This document shows positions 45,750-60,748 of a DNA stretch of 64,000 nt, piece by piece (position 1 is the first letter of the stretch; the number at the start of each line of letters is the position of its first letter). Below the pieces are notes generated by a model. That model had not been told where the DNA came from. It was given only the letters and a program-made list of their open reading frames with translations, and searched no databases. The stretch covers positions 14,632,001 through 14,696,000 of the forward strand of contig CM022669.1 of assembly GCA_012295275.1 (NCBI GenBank), read 5' to 3'. The position numbers and the translations under genes are program-made. The stretch comes from Chrysomallon squamiferum. Its lineage: Eukaryota > Animalia > Mollusca.

Positions 45750-47238
45750 AGCAGTAGTAATGTTCTGCACCCGCTGAGTTCTGACGTCTCAGGAAACTAC
45801 AATTTCTACACACGCTATATAGATATGTAATTCTCGTGCGTAGGTGTGTCTTTCTTCAATACAAAAGACATTTGATTCATTGCTTATTTCTATGTGTTTC
45901 AGATTGTTGTCTGTTTTATTTTGTTTTTTAAATCTACTCCTTCATATACTTACTTTTTTTTCACGACGTTTTTAAAGCAGGAGTTTTCAAGACGTTGGCT
46001 CCACTCATGGAAGCGGGAAATAGTGATATTTTTAGAGATTTCTGTGTGTTATATAATTTAACTATAACAAATATATTTATTTTAGAAATTTTTAGAAAGT
46101 TCTAACTGGATAAAGATAATTTAATAAGTAAAATATATGAAACACAGCAAATTATTTTCTGCTACCTATTATTATTCGTTGTTTCGTTTACTGTGAAACA
46201 TAAATATACATTGATGGATTTTTAGAGGGTCGCTGAATTCGGAACCAAATTAAACCCGGAAGAACATACTTCCGGTCCCCCGAGCTATAACGTCCTTTTT
46301 ACTGTGTTTGTCTTCGATAACATATTCAGCATTTGTTTCATAATTATCATGATTCAGGATTTAAGATAGGTATTTCAAACACACACCTACACACCTACAC
46401 ACCTACACACACACACAAAACAAACACAAAAACACAACAACATATCACTGTAAAGAAACAAAGGCAAAGCTAAAGAGACATCATAAATTATCCAGATTCC
46501 TGACTGCTAATAATATTGTATTAAATTAACTTTTGATGGAACAAAGGATTGGCCTTAATTTCATATACACTTGTTATATATCAGTCATGTGTTCTCGACT
46601 GACCAAGCCTTTACAATAAAGTTTAGCAGTAATATAAAACGGTAAATTGATATTCATCTTCTTTTTTTCCCCCACTTTCTTTCTTTTTCATCTCGATGCT
46701 GATTTATGAAAAGGTATGAATTACTCATCACATACAGTTTTAAAATTTATTTGTTATCGACTGTTAATATGTTTTAGTAAAAATAATGTTTGACAATAAT
46801 TTTTTAAATTTTTTTTAAAGACGTATGAAAAGAGATGATTTATTAAACGTAACAGATTTAAAATGTCAGTAAAACACTCGTAGCGGTTCGCCAAAGACAC
46901 GCAGAGTTGCAAGTGTTTGAAGTGTGGTTTGTAAAACACAACTTAGTTCTGAAAAGAAATTTAATTTGCAGATATACCCATAATATGTGAAGTAAACTTT
47001 GAAGTCATCAGTGTGGTCTGGATTAAAAAAAAAAAAAAAAAAAAAAATTACACACACACACACGCACGACAGTATTGTCGTGTTTCTGTTGTTATATAAC
47101 CACTATACCGCTAAAAGCCAGATTTTGCAGAACTTATTTGGAGTTGGAGATTAATATTACTTTACTATATTATTCTATGTCTGTGAATCTAATTTTATTA
47201 TTATTAGTAGTACTATTCTTCTTCTTCTTCTTCTTCTT

Positions 47239-47269
<31 letters not shown>

Positions 47270-47736
47270 TATATATATATGTTTCATCACGAATTTTAAC
47301 CACTTTTTATTTATTATTATATATTTTTAAATCATCTTTTGTGAAATGTAATTCATTAAGGAAAATGAACCAGATAAAACGAACTTAAACCTATAAAAGG
47401 ATTGTTAAAATGCAATTAAGCATCTATTTTAATTAACACTGAAGGTCAAACTACATTAACAAACAAAAAAACAAAAAATAAATAAAAGATCATGTCATCG
47501 CACAAACCAGTATGTCATAAAACCCTTAAAGGTCAAAAAATAAAAAATAAAAAATAAATCGGATTAAATTCGCACAGACAGTATTTGTCATTAACTCTTT
47601 CGAAGCAGTTTTGCACAATGCATTTTCCAACTGTTTTTTTTTTTTTTTTATATATATATTTATTTATTTTTGTTTATTATTATTATTATTTCCCAGCAGT
47701 TTGTTTATTCAGTAGCTGTTTCAGACTTGATTTAGT

Positions 47737-47775
<39 letters not shown>

Positions 47776-48495
47776 TTTTATTTATTCGAATATTCCGCTA
47801 ACTGCTCCCCAGTTTATGTATTTATATGCACCTTCTCTTCTTCCTCTTTCTTATTATTAACAACAGTATAAATATCGATGTTGTGTATTTTTTTACTTTT
47901 TTTTTTAAACGAATTACTTATTACTAAGCATATTTTAATATTAACTATTATAAAGCGTTAATAATACGTTTTGCGTATTGAATAAACAAGAGAGGTAACT
48001 CTGTCTTTTTTTTAGTAGCAAGGAAAACGTGTCGATGTCTTTGGTAAACTTGACAATGCGTCACAGGTTAGGTATCCTACAGAAATTAAACTTTAAGGGC
48101 TGATTATGGAGGATTGATTCTGACAAAACACAATGCTTCATATCAGAGTGCAAACACCTGATTAAAACTCATTCACTACAAAACGTCTGATTAAACATCA
48201 CTGACAACGGATGGCCTTGGAAACATTTCAAAGCATTTCCACACCTTTTATTCAGTTGATTCTTTAAACATTAGAAAACATCTCTTTATACATGTTCTGA
48301 GAGTGCAATTCTGAAAATTATGTAGAGAGAAAAATATTCTTGCGTTTTAGCTGTAAGCTATCGCGTTATTGGATTTTCCAAGGCAGCCTGTGAGTTTTTC
48401 CAGTGTCAAGGTTTCGCCGATTCTGAAGTATCGGAGAAATTACTTTATCTTTCTCTTGCAGAAGAACAATGATCCTATACCAAATGGCTTCGTTA

Positions 48496-48543
<48 letters not shown>

Positions 48544-49007
48544 TATAAAATATGATGATTATATAAATAATTATAATATATATATATATCATTATTATTT
48601 TTTTTTTCATCATTCAGATTTTGTATACACTTCTGAGTGCAAAAAACTGTTAATAAATGTGTGTGTATGTGGTATGTTGTATGTATGTATGTATGTATGT
48701 ATGTATGAATTATTATTATTATTATTATTATTGTTTATGTGATTCGGTTTAGCCCAACGTTATTTGAAGCATATATATATATTTCGCATTTTCGTAACAG
48801 ACAACTGTCCAATTTTTAACATTTTCATATACAAAATTTTTGTAAATATTTAACTAAACGGGATCTGTTTTTGAACAGGTGAATGTTTAAATTAACGGCG
48901 AATTTCGGCTGCTGCTACATCATCATCGTTTCCTGTGAGATTTATTTTGAATTTAAGTTTAAATATATTGTTACTTTCGATCCGATGGATTTGATCAAAC
49001 TGTACTG

Positions 49008-49067
<60 letters not shown>

Positions 49068-49399
49068 TTACTTTTAAATTATTGTAATTATCACAGTCTG
49101 CATGCTGCTGTCCTTTTTGTACACTAAGAAAGTAATTCAGATAGTGACCAGGTGTTGATATGAAATACTCGTTAAAGAAAGAACATAAACGTGCGGTATT
49201 GACAGATACCATCAATCACACGGATATATCCTTGTGAACAGTAAGCAGATCTGTTTGACACGGCGTCAAAAAAATTATTTCAGAATGGAAATAAGATCTA
49301 AGAAAACAAATTAATGGAGGAAAAAAAAAAGAAGAAGAAACGAGACAGATAAAAAACCCAAAGAAAATTATCAGTTTTAGTCTTTAATTTATGATAATG

Positions 49400-49527
<128 letters not shown>

Positions 49528-49838
49528 TCTCTCTCTCTCTCGTGCATGCAAACGCACACATATTGAGAATAAAACTTTTAAATATATTTATTCTAATTTC
49601 TCTTAGCTGCTTGTGTAACTCATTTTGGCGTTTTTGTTTTTTTAATTTTTAAGTTTGTTTTATTTATTTATTTATTTTTTTAAAGTGTTCATAATGAGTC
49701 ATAACTTAAATATTTAATTAAAGGTTTCTTTTCTCTGGGGCTTTGAACAAGTACAGAAAAATGAAGATTACTGTATTGATGCTATTATTTGTTTTGTTTA
49801 TATGCTTCAAATAATGTTGGGCTAAACCGAATCACATA

Positions 49839-49905
<67 letters not shown>

Positions 49906-50057
49906 TGCATACATACAAGCATACTACATGCACACACACATTTATTAATATTAACATTTTTTTGCACTCAGAAGTGTGTACAAAATTTGAATGATCAAAA
50001 TATAAATAATAATTTTGATGCCTTGTCGTGTACCAAATGAGTATTCTTTACTTTCAG

Positions 50058-50385
50058 AGAGTCAACTTGGCCAGTATAATCAAGGATGCCTCAATGTACA
50101 CTGGAGGAGATGGTGACAAACCAACAAAGCACCCTGTTGTAGCAGCCATTGAAAACCTCTCAGAAAAACTAGAAGAATCACCACCAAAAGAGGAGATCTC
50201 ACAGTTATTAGCCACAATCAAGTCTGAATGTGATGTTGATCTAGCCCGCCGATGTTTAACAGGAAATAACAAAGCTTATCCGGGTTTTGCTGAAAACATG
50301 GAATCTGTTAGCAGATGACGTTGAATTTGTGAAAACACTTTTGAAATGTTTTTGTTCTCTTGTCAATGGACAGTCTTATGTATTT

Positions 50386-50388
<3 letters not shown>
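50058..50388 (+). pseudogene. ARMC6: Isolated, frameshifted ARMC6-like (armadillo repeat-containing 6) exon fragment
   Basis: After the acceptor ctttcag: RVNLASIIKD...HPVVAAIENL...ECDVDLARRCLTGNNKAYP / VLLKTW...LLKCFCSLVNGQSYVFD, resembling ARMC6 GVDLSNIVK...C...A.R.LA...AYP...W...L..GQPDLLD. There is an extra G at 50282-50284, the fragment is cut off by a (CT)n tract, and no flanking exons were found. Confidence 0.72.
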
Positions 50389-50473
<85 letters not shown>

Positions 50474-50914
50474 ATATGACATAAAATGAGGATAACGGGA
50501 AAATTAATATAGTCAGCTAATCCTATTCTGAAAAAACTGTGGTAATACTAATTTTGAGACCGAACACGCATTTCAGAGAGAGATAGACAGAGAGAGAGAG
50601 AGAGCTGACCGCGGTTAAGAAGGAACTATATTATAAGGCAGAAAGGTAAAAGGTCAGCTATTGTGACGTAATAATCAGTTTTAATATTCATGAATAACGT
50701 CACCGTTATAACTCTTTTCTAAGGTAAGAATCGGCAAGAATAACGAGATATATCTGCAGATAGATTAGTTTGTAGTTCTTTTCTTTCTTTTTAGGGGGAA
50801 CTTTTAAAATAATACGTAACATTACAGTAGGCGATAATGGTAAAGTTATAAGCGATATTAGATCATTATTTGTTGATACAGATTTCATTTCAGGAATTAA
50901 CTTTTGATGAATAC

Positions 50915-50949
<35 letters not shown>

Positions 50950-51449
50950 TTAACATGCCTATAAGTTATTACTGACAGGAGGAAGCCAGGAAGCCATTAT
51001 AAAGCATCATTATAATCAGAAGGTTAAAAGGTCAAGCACTGTGACGTAATAAAGATTTGTAATATACACGTAGCAACGTCAGATTTATAAGGTTAAAAGA
51101 AACTGGAATAAACTGCGTATCCTTGACCCGGTATAAATCTGTCTCTTTGAAATTAACTTCTTTACTACGAGGAAACTGCAAGAATAACTAGATATATACT
51201 ATTCTGTGACAGGTTACCTGGCAGCTTACCAATGTGTGAAACAGAGACGTTTTAATCTGTAATGTCACTCTCTCGATATTGAATCATTATTTGTTTGTGT
51301 AGCTTTTATTACAAAATCAACTGTTGATTATTATTATTATTATTAATCAATTGGTTATGATAGAAGAAGCAGTAGAGAAAGATTAATAAAACTACTACCA
51401 GTGATGATAATGATGATGATGATATAAACATCAACCAAAACACTAATGA

Positions 51450-51489
<40 letters not shown>

Positions 51490-52633
51490 AATATCAACAA
51501 CGCAAAAACAGTGATAAATAGAAAAACATGTCATTTGGTCAGTAACATTATATTAAAAAACCTCAAAAAGATACGTTTTGTGAACATAAAAGAATTTTCT
51601 ATTAAAATAATGAAAAAGTCAAATAAATTACAGTATATATTATTATTAATCAAACAGTCAAGCACAGACATGTTATTTGACATTATATATATATACATAC
51701 ATACATATATATATATATATTTACAAATTAATCAGTTCAAAATTGGTGAAAGAAAAACCGTCTACATATAAATAAATAAAAAAAAGAGTTTGTGGATTTG
51801 GGAAACTGGAAAGAAATAATTTCAGTGACTGTATGAAATCACTGTTTATATAAAAGATGCAAAATGTAATATCAGTGGGAACTTATCAACGTGAAATACA
51901 TAAAATCCCAATATTTATGTGGCTTCATATGTAAACTGTATTATTAATCATTTTCATATTTTATTGTTATTTTGTCCAGAATTAATATTTCCTTCAAAAA
52001 TAAGTATAATTATTTCAGAAGAAAAATGAACGAATGAGATTATAATTGAATATATACCATAATACATAAGAATGTGTAAAAATAATTAATTTATGATTTA
52101 TATTGATAGTTGTTACATTTGTTTTAAAATCCTATTATGTACAAAAGAATATTTATTTATATATGTACATAAAGAAACAAAATTTATATATAAAAAGTAC
52201 AGGAAAAAATGTATCACAGACAAAATTTCAAAAATGTTATTAAAGCAGGTGAAAAAGTTAATGCACTTCAAAGTAATACAATATAAAAAAAATTATGAAA
52301 CAAAACTATTATAGTTTTCTAATTATAAATATATTTGTTTTTCTTGTCATTTATTTCATGTTCATATTGAAAGAGTTGAAATCTGGTTTAAAATTAGACT
52401 TTTCTTTTAAATTAGTTTATACAAAAGCAATATTTTCAGCAGCTTGGGTGTTGTTTTTCATTTTGCATTTGTATTCCTTTCAAATATAAGATTTCTAATG
52501 ATATAAATATGTATTGCATTCTTAATATCAGTTTCAAAGGAGACAACTATACCACGATACACAGATTATGAAAAATGTTTAAACATAAAAACTTCACTCT
52601 TGATCTTTGGTTTATCTGAGGTAATGATAAAGA

Positions 52634-52676
<43 letters not shown>

Positions 52677-53198
52677 TGGAAGTGTTTATTTAAGGAAAAT
52701 TATTTTCAGTGTATGTGTGTGTGTAAATTGTAAAAAGACTTAGGTGAAGTAAAAGTGAGTTGCTTTTGCATAGATTGAAAATGTGAATTCAAGACACAAA
52801 GTCCTTCAATATATTTTTTTCTGCTCCAAATTCTTCTCTTCTCTTTCTTTCATTTTCAAATTATATTTGCAGCTTTATTTACAAATATAATATTAGTGAA
52901 ATCCAAAATGTTGACAGAAAGTGTCAGAATAATATAGTTCAGAAAATTATAAAACTATTCCTCAGCTGTTTCCAGAATAATCCTTGGAGTTAGTCTCAGT
53001 GATGTAAAAATAATAATCAGTATTTTCATTAAAAAAACCAGATAAAAAACCCAGCTTATTATAGTAAAATAAATTGAGTTTTAAGTATACCAGATGCCAA
53101 ATACAAAGCACTTTCTTTCTAAAAAAAAAAAATGCAAGCAGAAGTAGAAGTATTTGAATATTTGACTGAACCCTCAGGATATATGATGACCTTTCTGT

Positions 53199-55178
53199 TC
53201 ATGTTTCAGATTTGACCTCTGTGTCAGGTTTAACATCAGCCTCAGGATTCAAAAGCATGTCCAGCTGGGTGTGTATGTTGTGAGTGGCCTTTGCAAATGC
53301 TCTCACTGCTTCAGTTGCTGTCTGGGGAAAAAAAAAAAAAAAAAAAAAAAAATGTACATTTAAAAATCATTTTAAAATATATATATTTTTTGCACATTAT
53401 AAATATCCAAACAAAGATACAATGTGTGACAGAACATACACAGTGCAGAGACAGATAGACAGACAGACACACATCCACAGACAGATGCACATATACAGAT
53501 ATCTACACACAGATGCACAGACAAGTTTTTATTACTCATATTAACATGATTTATTCATACTGAGATCAAAATTAATTTATTTTTCAGTTTGATTTGAATT
53601 TGAGTTTTTAATTAATTTTTTTTTTTTTTTTTTTTTATTTTTTTTTTTTTATTATTTTTTTTTTTTACAGCATAACTTCATCAGATTCTGGCTTTGTGGT
53701 AACATTTATTGATTATTTTTTTTTAAATAAAATTCTTAAGAATACGAAATGTGAGTTAAAAGTATAACATTAACATAAATTGATTCTCAAATTATAATAA
53801 TAAATATCATTCACTATATCAGATTTAAACCACAACAAATGAAAGTTGCAACATACATTATGTAATAATATGTGTTACTAAAAACCCTATAGTTTTCATA
53901 GTTTACCTTTAACCTGATGATGAAAAAGAATCAGATTAATTTTTAAAATCTGTACTTACATTTTGAAATATTTATTTTACAGCTAGGGTAAGTATTAGGC
54001 ACAGAATAATCAGCAATAGAGAATCATTTCTATTTTGATAATTAATTTAGTTGTCTTTGGAACCTACATATATAAACTAAATATGAAATAATAGAAAAGT
54101 TAAGATGATATTGTTTTATATATATATCATTTTAACTCTTCTGTTTTTTTATATTTAGTTGATGATTTGCTAAATATAAGACAAATAGCAATACTAACTG
54201 AAACATAATTCTAACAGTATACAAGATATTATAATTTTTTCACTATTCACATATCAGCAGAAAGAACAAACACATGTATACATATACACAGACCAATACA
54301 CATATATACATAAACACAAACACCCAGAAATATACACACAAAATGAGTCATACTGGGTAGTCATACTATGATAGTCATACAGTTAGATAAGCATATCCTG
54401 TTAGTCATATTCTGTGATAGTCAATACAAAGATAGTTACATATTAAGGTATTCATAAACTGTGTTTGTCATTTGCTGTGATAGTTATAAAAGGCAGCAGT
54501 CATATCATGTAATATTCAATACTGTAATTACATATTGCAATAGTCATACGCAGTATTAATTATTTCATGTGACAGTCATATACTGAGGTCCTGTGACAGT
54601 CACAAGCTGGGTTAGTTATATAAAGTGTCACTCTGAGAGTCATACTGTAGTAGTTACATGCTGAGATAGTCATACACTGTAGTAGTCATATGCTGAGATA
54701 GTCATACACTGTAGTAGTCATATGCTGAGATAGTCATACACTAGTAGTCATATGCTGAGATAGTCATACTTTGTAATAGCCTTATTCTGAGGAAATCATG
54801 TGCCACAATATTTACTTAATATAATAGTCATGTAAATACTATATTAATAAACTGTATTAAAAACTTTAGTTATAAATGCAGACCAGCCATATTGCAAGGG
54901 AGGTGTATACTCAAGCTCTAATAGTTGTATACTGTATGAACTCATAATGGTCATTTACTGTGATAGCCATATTCTGTGAGGTAATGTTTTATACTGATAC
55001 TATCATCCAGTCATTCTTCTTAATAATATGTTTTAGATATATTTTCTGATGAGGTAATCACATTGTTGCAATACATTTTTTTCCATAATATAAAACTAAA
55101 AAAAAAAAAAAAAAAATTAAAACTGCTATTATTTCTTCAAAAATACAAATAAGTAAAGTCTTTACAAGCAGTGAAACT

Positions 55179-55237
<59 letters not shown>

Positions 55238-56620
55238 CGTAAAATAGTAATAAGAGTAGTAGTAATAATAATAATAATAATAATAATGGCACTAATTATA
55301 ATTTAATGATAATAACAAATCATTAATGTAATAGTAATAACAAAAAAGAAAAATTTGATTAAAACTGTGTCCTTCAGTACAACATTATTTGAGATGAGGC
55401 AAAAAATAAATAATAATAATAATAATAATAATAAGACAATAATAATGATTTAATAATGATAACAAATTTATAAATCTAACAATAACAAAAAAGGCAAATT
55501 TCATTCAAACTCTGTCCTTCAGTACAAGATTCCTTAAAACGAGGCAAAATAATAAAAATAGCACCAATGTCAGTTATCACTAACTACTTCAAGCTTCATT
55601 CAGCTCTTTACAGTGATCTTGGGGTTTATTTGGCCAAGACTCAATCTTTGCTTCCCAATCGATATTTGCCTCTTGCCAGATTCTCCGATGGGGCACTAGA
55701 TGTTCTTTCGGCATCACCGAGGATTTATCAGCCACCACCCAAACTGTTGGTTTTTTAGTTATCTGGGGCACGGCCCACGTTCTATCTACCTTAAACTTTC
55801 TCCTGGCGTTGAACTCTTTGATCTTCTCCAGGGTGTTCTCCATATGCTCGCTGCTGGCTGCCAAACCCTTCACCCAGGGATGCTGCAGGGCTGACTTGGC
55901 TGCGATTCTCTTCTTGGGGTCGAGGTTTAACAGTCTTTTCACCAGGTCCTGTAAAAAAAAAAAAAAAAAAAAAAAAAAACATTATCGTTTGCTTGTATGT
56001 TTAAAATTATCAGTACACTCTGAGAACTATTTTGTTTCTTTTTTTGAGATTGTAAGATTATTGTCATGATTTTTTTTTGTTTTTGGATGTTATGTTAGAT
56101 TTAAAATGTGGAGCCTATGTATGATTCAAATTATAAAATAGGACAGTTATAACCGATTCAAAATTATGGGACAAATCCTAAGTAAATATTGAAAAATGTG
56201 GTAAGTTATATTCTTTATAAATCTTGACTGTATGTGACTTTAGCTGGTTTGTGTAAACATACAAACTAAATTTTATAACTGAAAAGAGTGAAAAAATTAT
56301 GGCATGATTGTGGATCTTTTTACAAAACACTATTAATAAATACTCTCAGAATATTCTAGTTCATGTGAAATACCTTGGCATTCTTGGAGATGTCATCCCA
56401 GTATGGCTCATGAAACTCATACTTTCCCTTGATGACATTCTTATACATCTCCATATCATCCTGTCCAGCAAAAGGTTCATAACCACAAAGTCTGAAACCA
56501 AACAAAAAAACAATGTTTTAAAAAACAAAATAATTAGCATTTACCTCTTGGAATAATTTCCATTTTATTTAGGAAAACACTCAAAGTATACAAAATAAAA
56601 CCTAAAAAGAAGTTATCAAA

Positions 56621-56676
<56 letters not shown>

Positions 56677-58002
56677 TTATACATTAATAACTCCAAAGAA
56701 ATACATAAATCAGAAACATAGCAAACAAATAAACTTGTATATAAATTAAGAACTATATCAAATTAACATTTTACATTAATGTAGTAATCTTACCTATCAT
56801 ATGTCTATAACATGTCTGGATTACTTACCAAACAAAAGTGACTAAACCAACAAATAAATAAATAAATAAATAAATATACACATTACTTACAAAATGTATG
56901 CTATTACTCCAATACTCCACAAATCAACTGATTTGTCATATGTCTTTCCCAGCAATACCTCAGGAGCTGTAATAACAAGAACAGAATTTCAGTAATATGT
57001 CTTTCTTTAAAAACATCTGTCTCATTTACTGTCATTTTAGAAGTCTTTAAAAAACCCAACATGGAACCTGATAAGGCAACAAATAAAATTTCAACTTTAA
57101 TAATTATTGTTGGTTTTTTATAATAATATAAATCTATGTATTAATTACCATTTTTATCTAGTTCAGTAAATATATGTGTACGAACAGGTGTGTATTATCT
57201 GTGTATCATGTTTAAGAACAAAATACAAAATTGTATATAAAAGTCTCTGAAGATAAATAAAAATGATGATGATAATGATTGTTATTATTATTATTATTAT
57301 TATTTTTTTTTTTTTTATCTTACCCTTTTTAGACAAAAAAAAAAAAAAAAGAAGAGTTTTTTTTTGGGGGGGTTTATTTTGTTTTTAAAGTAAAAAATGT
57401 CTGTGAAGTGCTGTGTATACTAATATTATATCTAATACACTAACCACAATATCCAGGTGTTCCACATACAGTATGCAACTGTATTTCTGGACCCATCATT
57501 TTGGACAAACCAAAATCAGCTGCAATAGTAAAGAATCTCATGTAAATTATTCTTACAAAATAACTAAAAAAATATATATTAATAATAAAGAAATAAAAAT
57601 AAATAAAGAAAATAATAAAATTAAAAAAAAATAAATTAAATTAAAATAAAATAAAATAAAATAAAGTAAAATAAAATAAAATAAAATAAAATAAAATAAA
57701 ATAAAATAAAATAAAATAAAATAAAATAAAATAAAATAAAATAAAATAAAATAAAATAAAATAAAATAAAATAAAATAAAAATAAAATATAAAATAGAAC
57801 AGAACTAATAGAACAGATCAGAACAGAATCAAATCAATGAAACAGACAAACAAAAAATAAATAAAAAAATACAAAATAAAATATATAGAGAAAGAAGTAA
57901 AATGATTTAAAACAAAGAACTGCTTACATAAATTAATTTAAAACAAAATAATAAAAATTAAATGGATTTTAATAACTTAGAAGAATAACATTGTTGTAAA
58001 AG

Positions 58003-58083
<81 letters not shown>

Positions 58084-58843
58084 AAGCAAACACACTAAGA
58101 AAAAATATAGAAAAAAAATATTTGTTAACAAAGAAATGAAATACTTACCAACTTTCAAGTTGGATTCATCAGATAAGTTTTCATATAGAAGATTTTCTGG
58201 CTGCAAACATATAACAGTAATACAGTAATAATAACAATACATTAATAATAATAATACTAATTATAATAATAATGATGATGATATTGGGAACTTAATAAAT
58301 AAATAAATAAATAAGTAATGACAGTAATAATAATAAATAATGATAAACTTTAGTAAAACGACCCATCTGAAAAGAAGAAAATGGGGTTTCTCAGTGTATG
58401 TGTACAGTCAAATCAAACAATCCATTTCTCAAGTGAACTAACTGTAGTTTTAATTTGATTTTAAAAAACAGTGGATAGATGAACACTGTTTCATTAACTA
58501 ATCTAAATCTAATTTAAAGAATATTAAAAAAATTAACCTTACCTTTAAGTCCCTGTGTACAATATCATTATCATGGAGATACTGAAAAAATAAAACATAC
58601 ATTTATGTAATTTCAGGTAAGAATATACTCTTGCAACTCATTTACAGAATTATTTAAAGTAACAGAGATTATTATTTCTGAACAAATATAATGTTACACA
58701 AGTCATTGTGAAAATGAGTGTCTTTGTAAATTAATTAGTTTTTCATATCCACAAGTTATAATCAATTGTATTTCCATACCAGCTTTTGGTCCATAAACAT
58801 TAATTTTCATCCTGTTCCCTATATTTTCCACTCAATATTATGC

Positions 58844-58905
<62 letters not shown>

Positions 58906-60706
58906 TAATAATAGCAACAGCAACAGCAACAACAACAACAACAATAATAATAATATTAACAACAATAATAATAATAATAATAAAAATTAAAAATAAATAA
59001 ATAAATAAATAACCAGATAAAAGCTACACTCACTGCAACTGCACTGAGCATATGATTGACTGCTAGGGCTGCATCCTTTTCAGAATAAACTCCCCTCGAA
59101 ACAATCCTGTCAAACAGCTCTCCTCCAGTGACCAGCTCAAGTACCAGCGACACATTGTGTGGAGTCTCAAAGATTTCCTTCAGTCTAATCTGTGAAATAA
59201 AACGTTTACAGGTGATAAGCTGATAAATTTTAATACTTTTTTTTTTTTTGGTAATGTCAGATGTTGTTTTACTTTCATCTGGAAAGTTGTATAATCCATT
59301 ATACTGATGGTGTTGAGCAAAGTAATAATTAATTACACTTTCTATTATATCTTGTCTGTATTTGTATGTATGTATGTGTGTGTATGTGTGTGATAAAATA
59401 TAAATATATGTGTGTTTGTGTGTGTGTCTATGTGTGTAAATAAATGACACATATGTGTTGAATAAATATATGTTTAATTTCTAAATATGTAAATATACAT
59501 ACACAAACACACATACACATTACACATAGGTAGCTAAAAGACAAGTATTCTAGTCTTCTAATATTATTTCATTCTCTGTTTTTGAAGTATGACAACCTGT
59601 AAGAAAACAATTATAATAAGTGAACAGCACTGTCAAGAAAAGAAACTCAGCAACACGTAAAAATACACTTACAACATTCGGATGTGACAGTCGGAGAAGA
59701 ATACCAATTTCTGTCCTTACAACTTTCTTGTCAACCTGTGAAAAAACAAAATATAAATAAAACAGAAATAGAAATAATTATTTTTATTTATAGGATGACC
59801 TATGACCACAATTTATTAAATTATAAGAAATAACAGAAACAATAATATTCTAAATAATGATGTTACTGGTTTAATGCATTTTATAAATACAAATGTAAAA
59901 TTATCAAGACATATATAAAACATAAAATGGCTACACTTACTCTTTTGTTGATAATTTTCACAGCCCATGGTTTTTCTGTACCTCTTTCTTCACACTTGTA
60001 GACAACTGATGTGGCACCTCTGAAAAAAAAAAAAAATGAAACAAAATGACACGAAATATATTTTTACTGATTTACAGCATAAAAATACCTGATTAAGAAC
60101 AAATCTGTTTGTAATTCTATATAACATTAGAAATGTCAGTTAAAGTTAAATCTTAGCTGTTACCAATATAAACTATAATAAATATTAAATAATTATTTTG
60201 AAAACAAAACATGTCTTTTCCTTTTTTTTATTTATTTATTTATTTTTTTTTTTTTTATTTATTCATGTCACTGATGACTAGAAGAATATATGTAATAATA
60301 ATGTAAACAGACAGCCTAACCGTACTTATTGAAACACAAATAATGCAATAACAGAAGTTTAAAAGGAATAACAGTTATTTTGGAATATTTTAAAACTTTC
60401 ACATCAGTTACCAAAATGTAATCATATTATCTCCAAAATACTTCAAAAGAGATACATATGGGCTAATGATCAGTAAGTGGACATATAAATAATCCAGTGA
60501 AAGTTGTGAAAGTTATGAAAGTATTTGTTTGAATAATATAATATTTTTTAGAACATGAAATAAATTATTATTATTATAATTATTATAGAAATATTTCACC
60601 TCATAAAATTTCGCTGTTTTATCTTAGGATATATCAATATACCATTACCTATAGTAATGATTAGAACTAGTACATTAAACATCGTTGATGTATATCAAAA
60701 TACCTA

Positions 60707-60748
<42 letters not shown>

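Noticed and set aside
48016-48066. Short segment bounded by acceptor-like (poly-T AG) and donor-like (CAG|GTTAGG) signals
   Set aside because: No recognisable peptide, and it does not resemble the missing ARMC6 first exon; it cannot be supported without RNA data.
55330-55550. Two ~70-bp direct copies (AAACT.TGTCCTTCAGTACAA...GAGGCAAAA), and a similar ~50-bp duplication at 20022-20120
   Set aside because: Ordinary local intronic slippage duplications with no sign of function.
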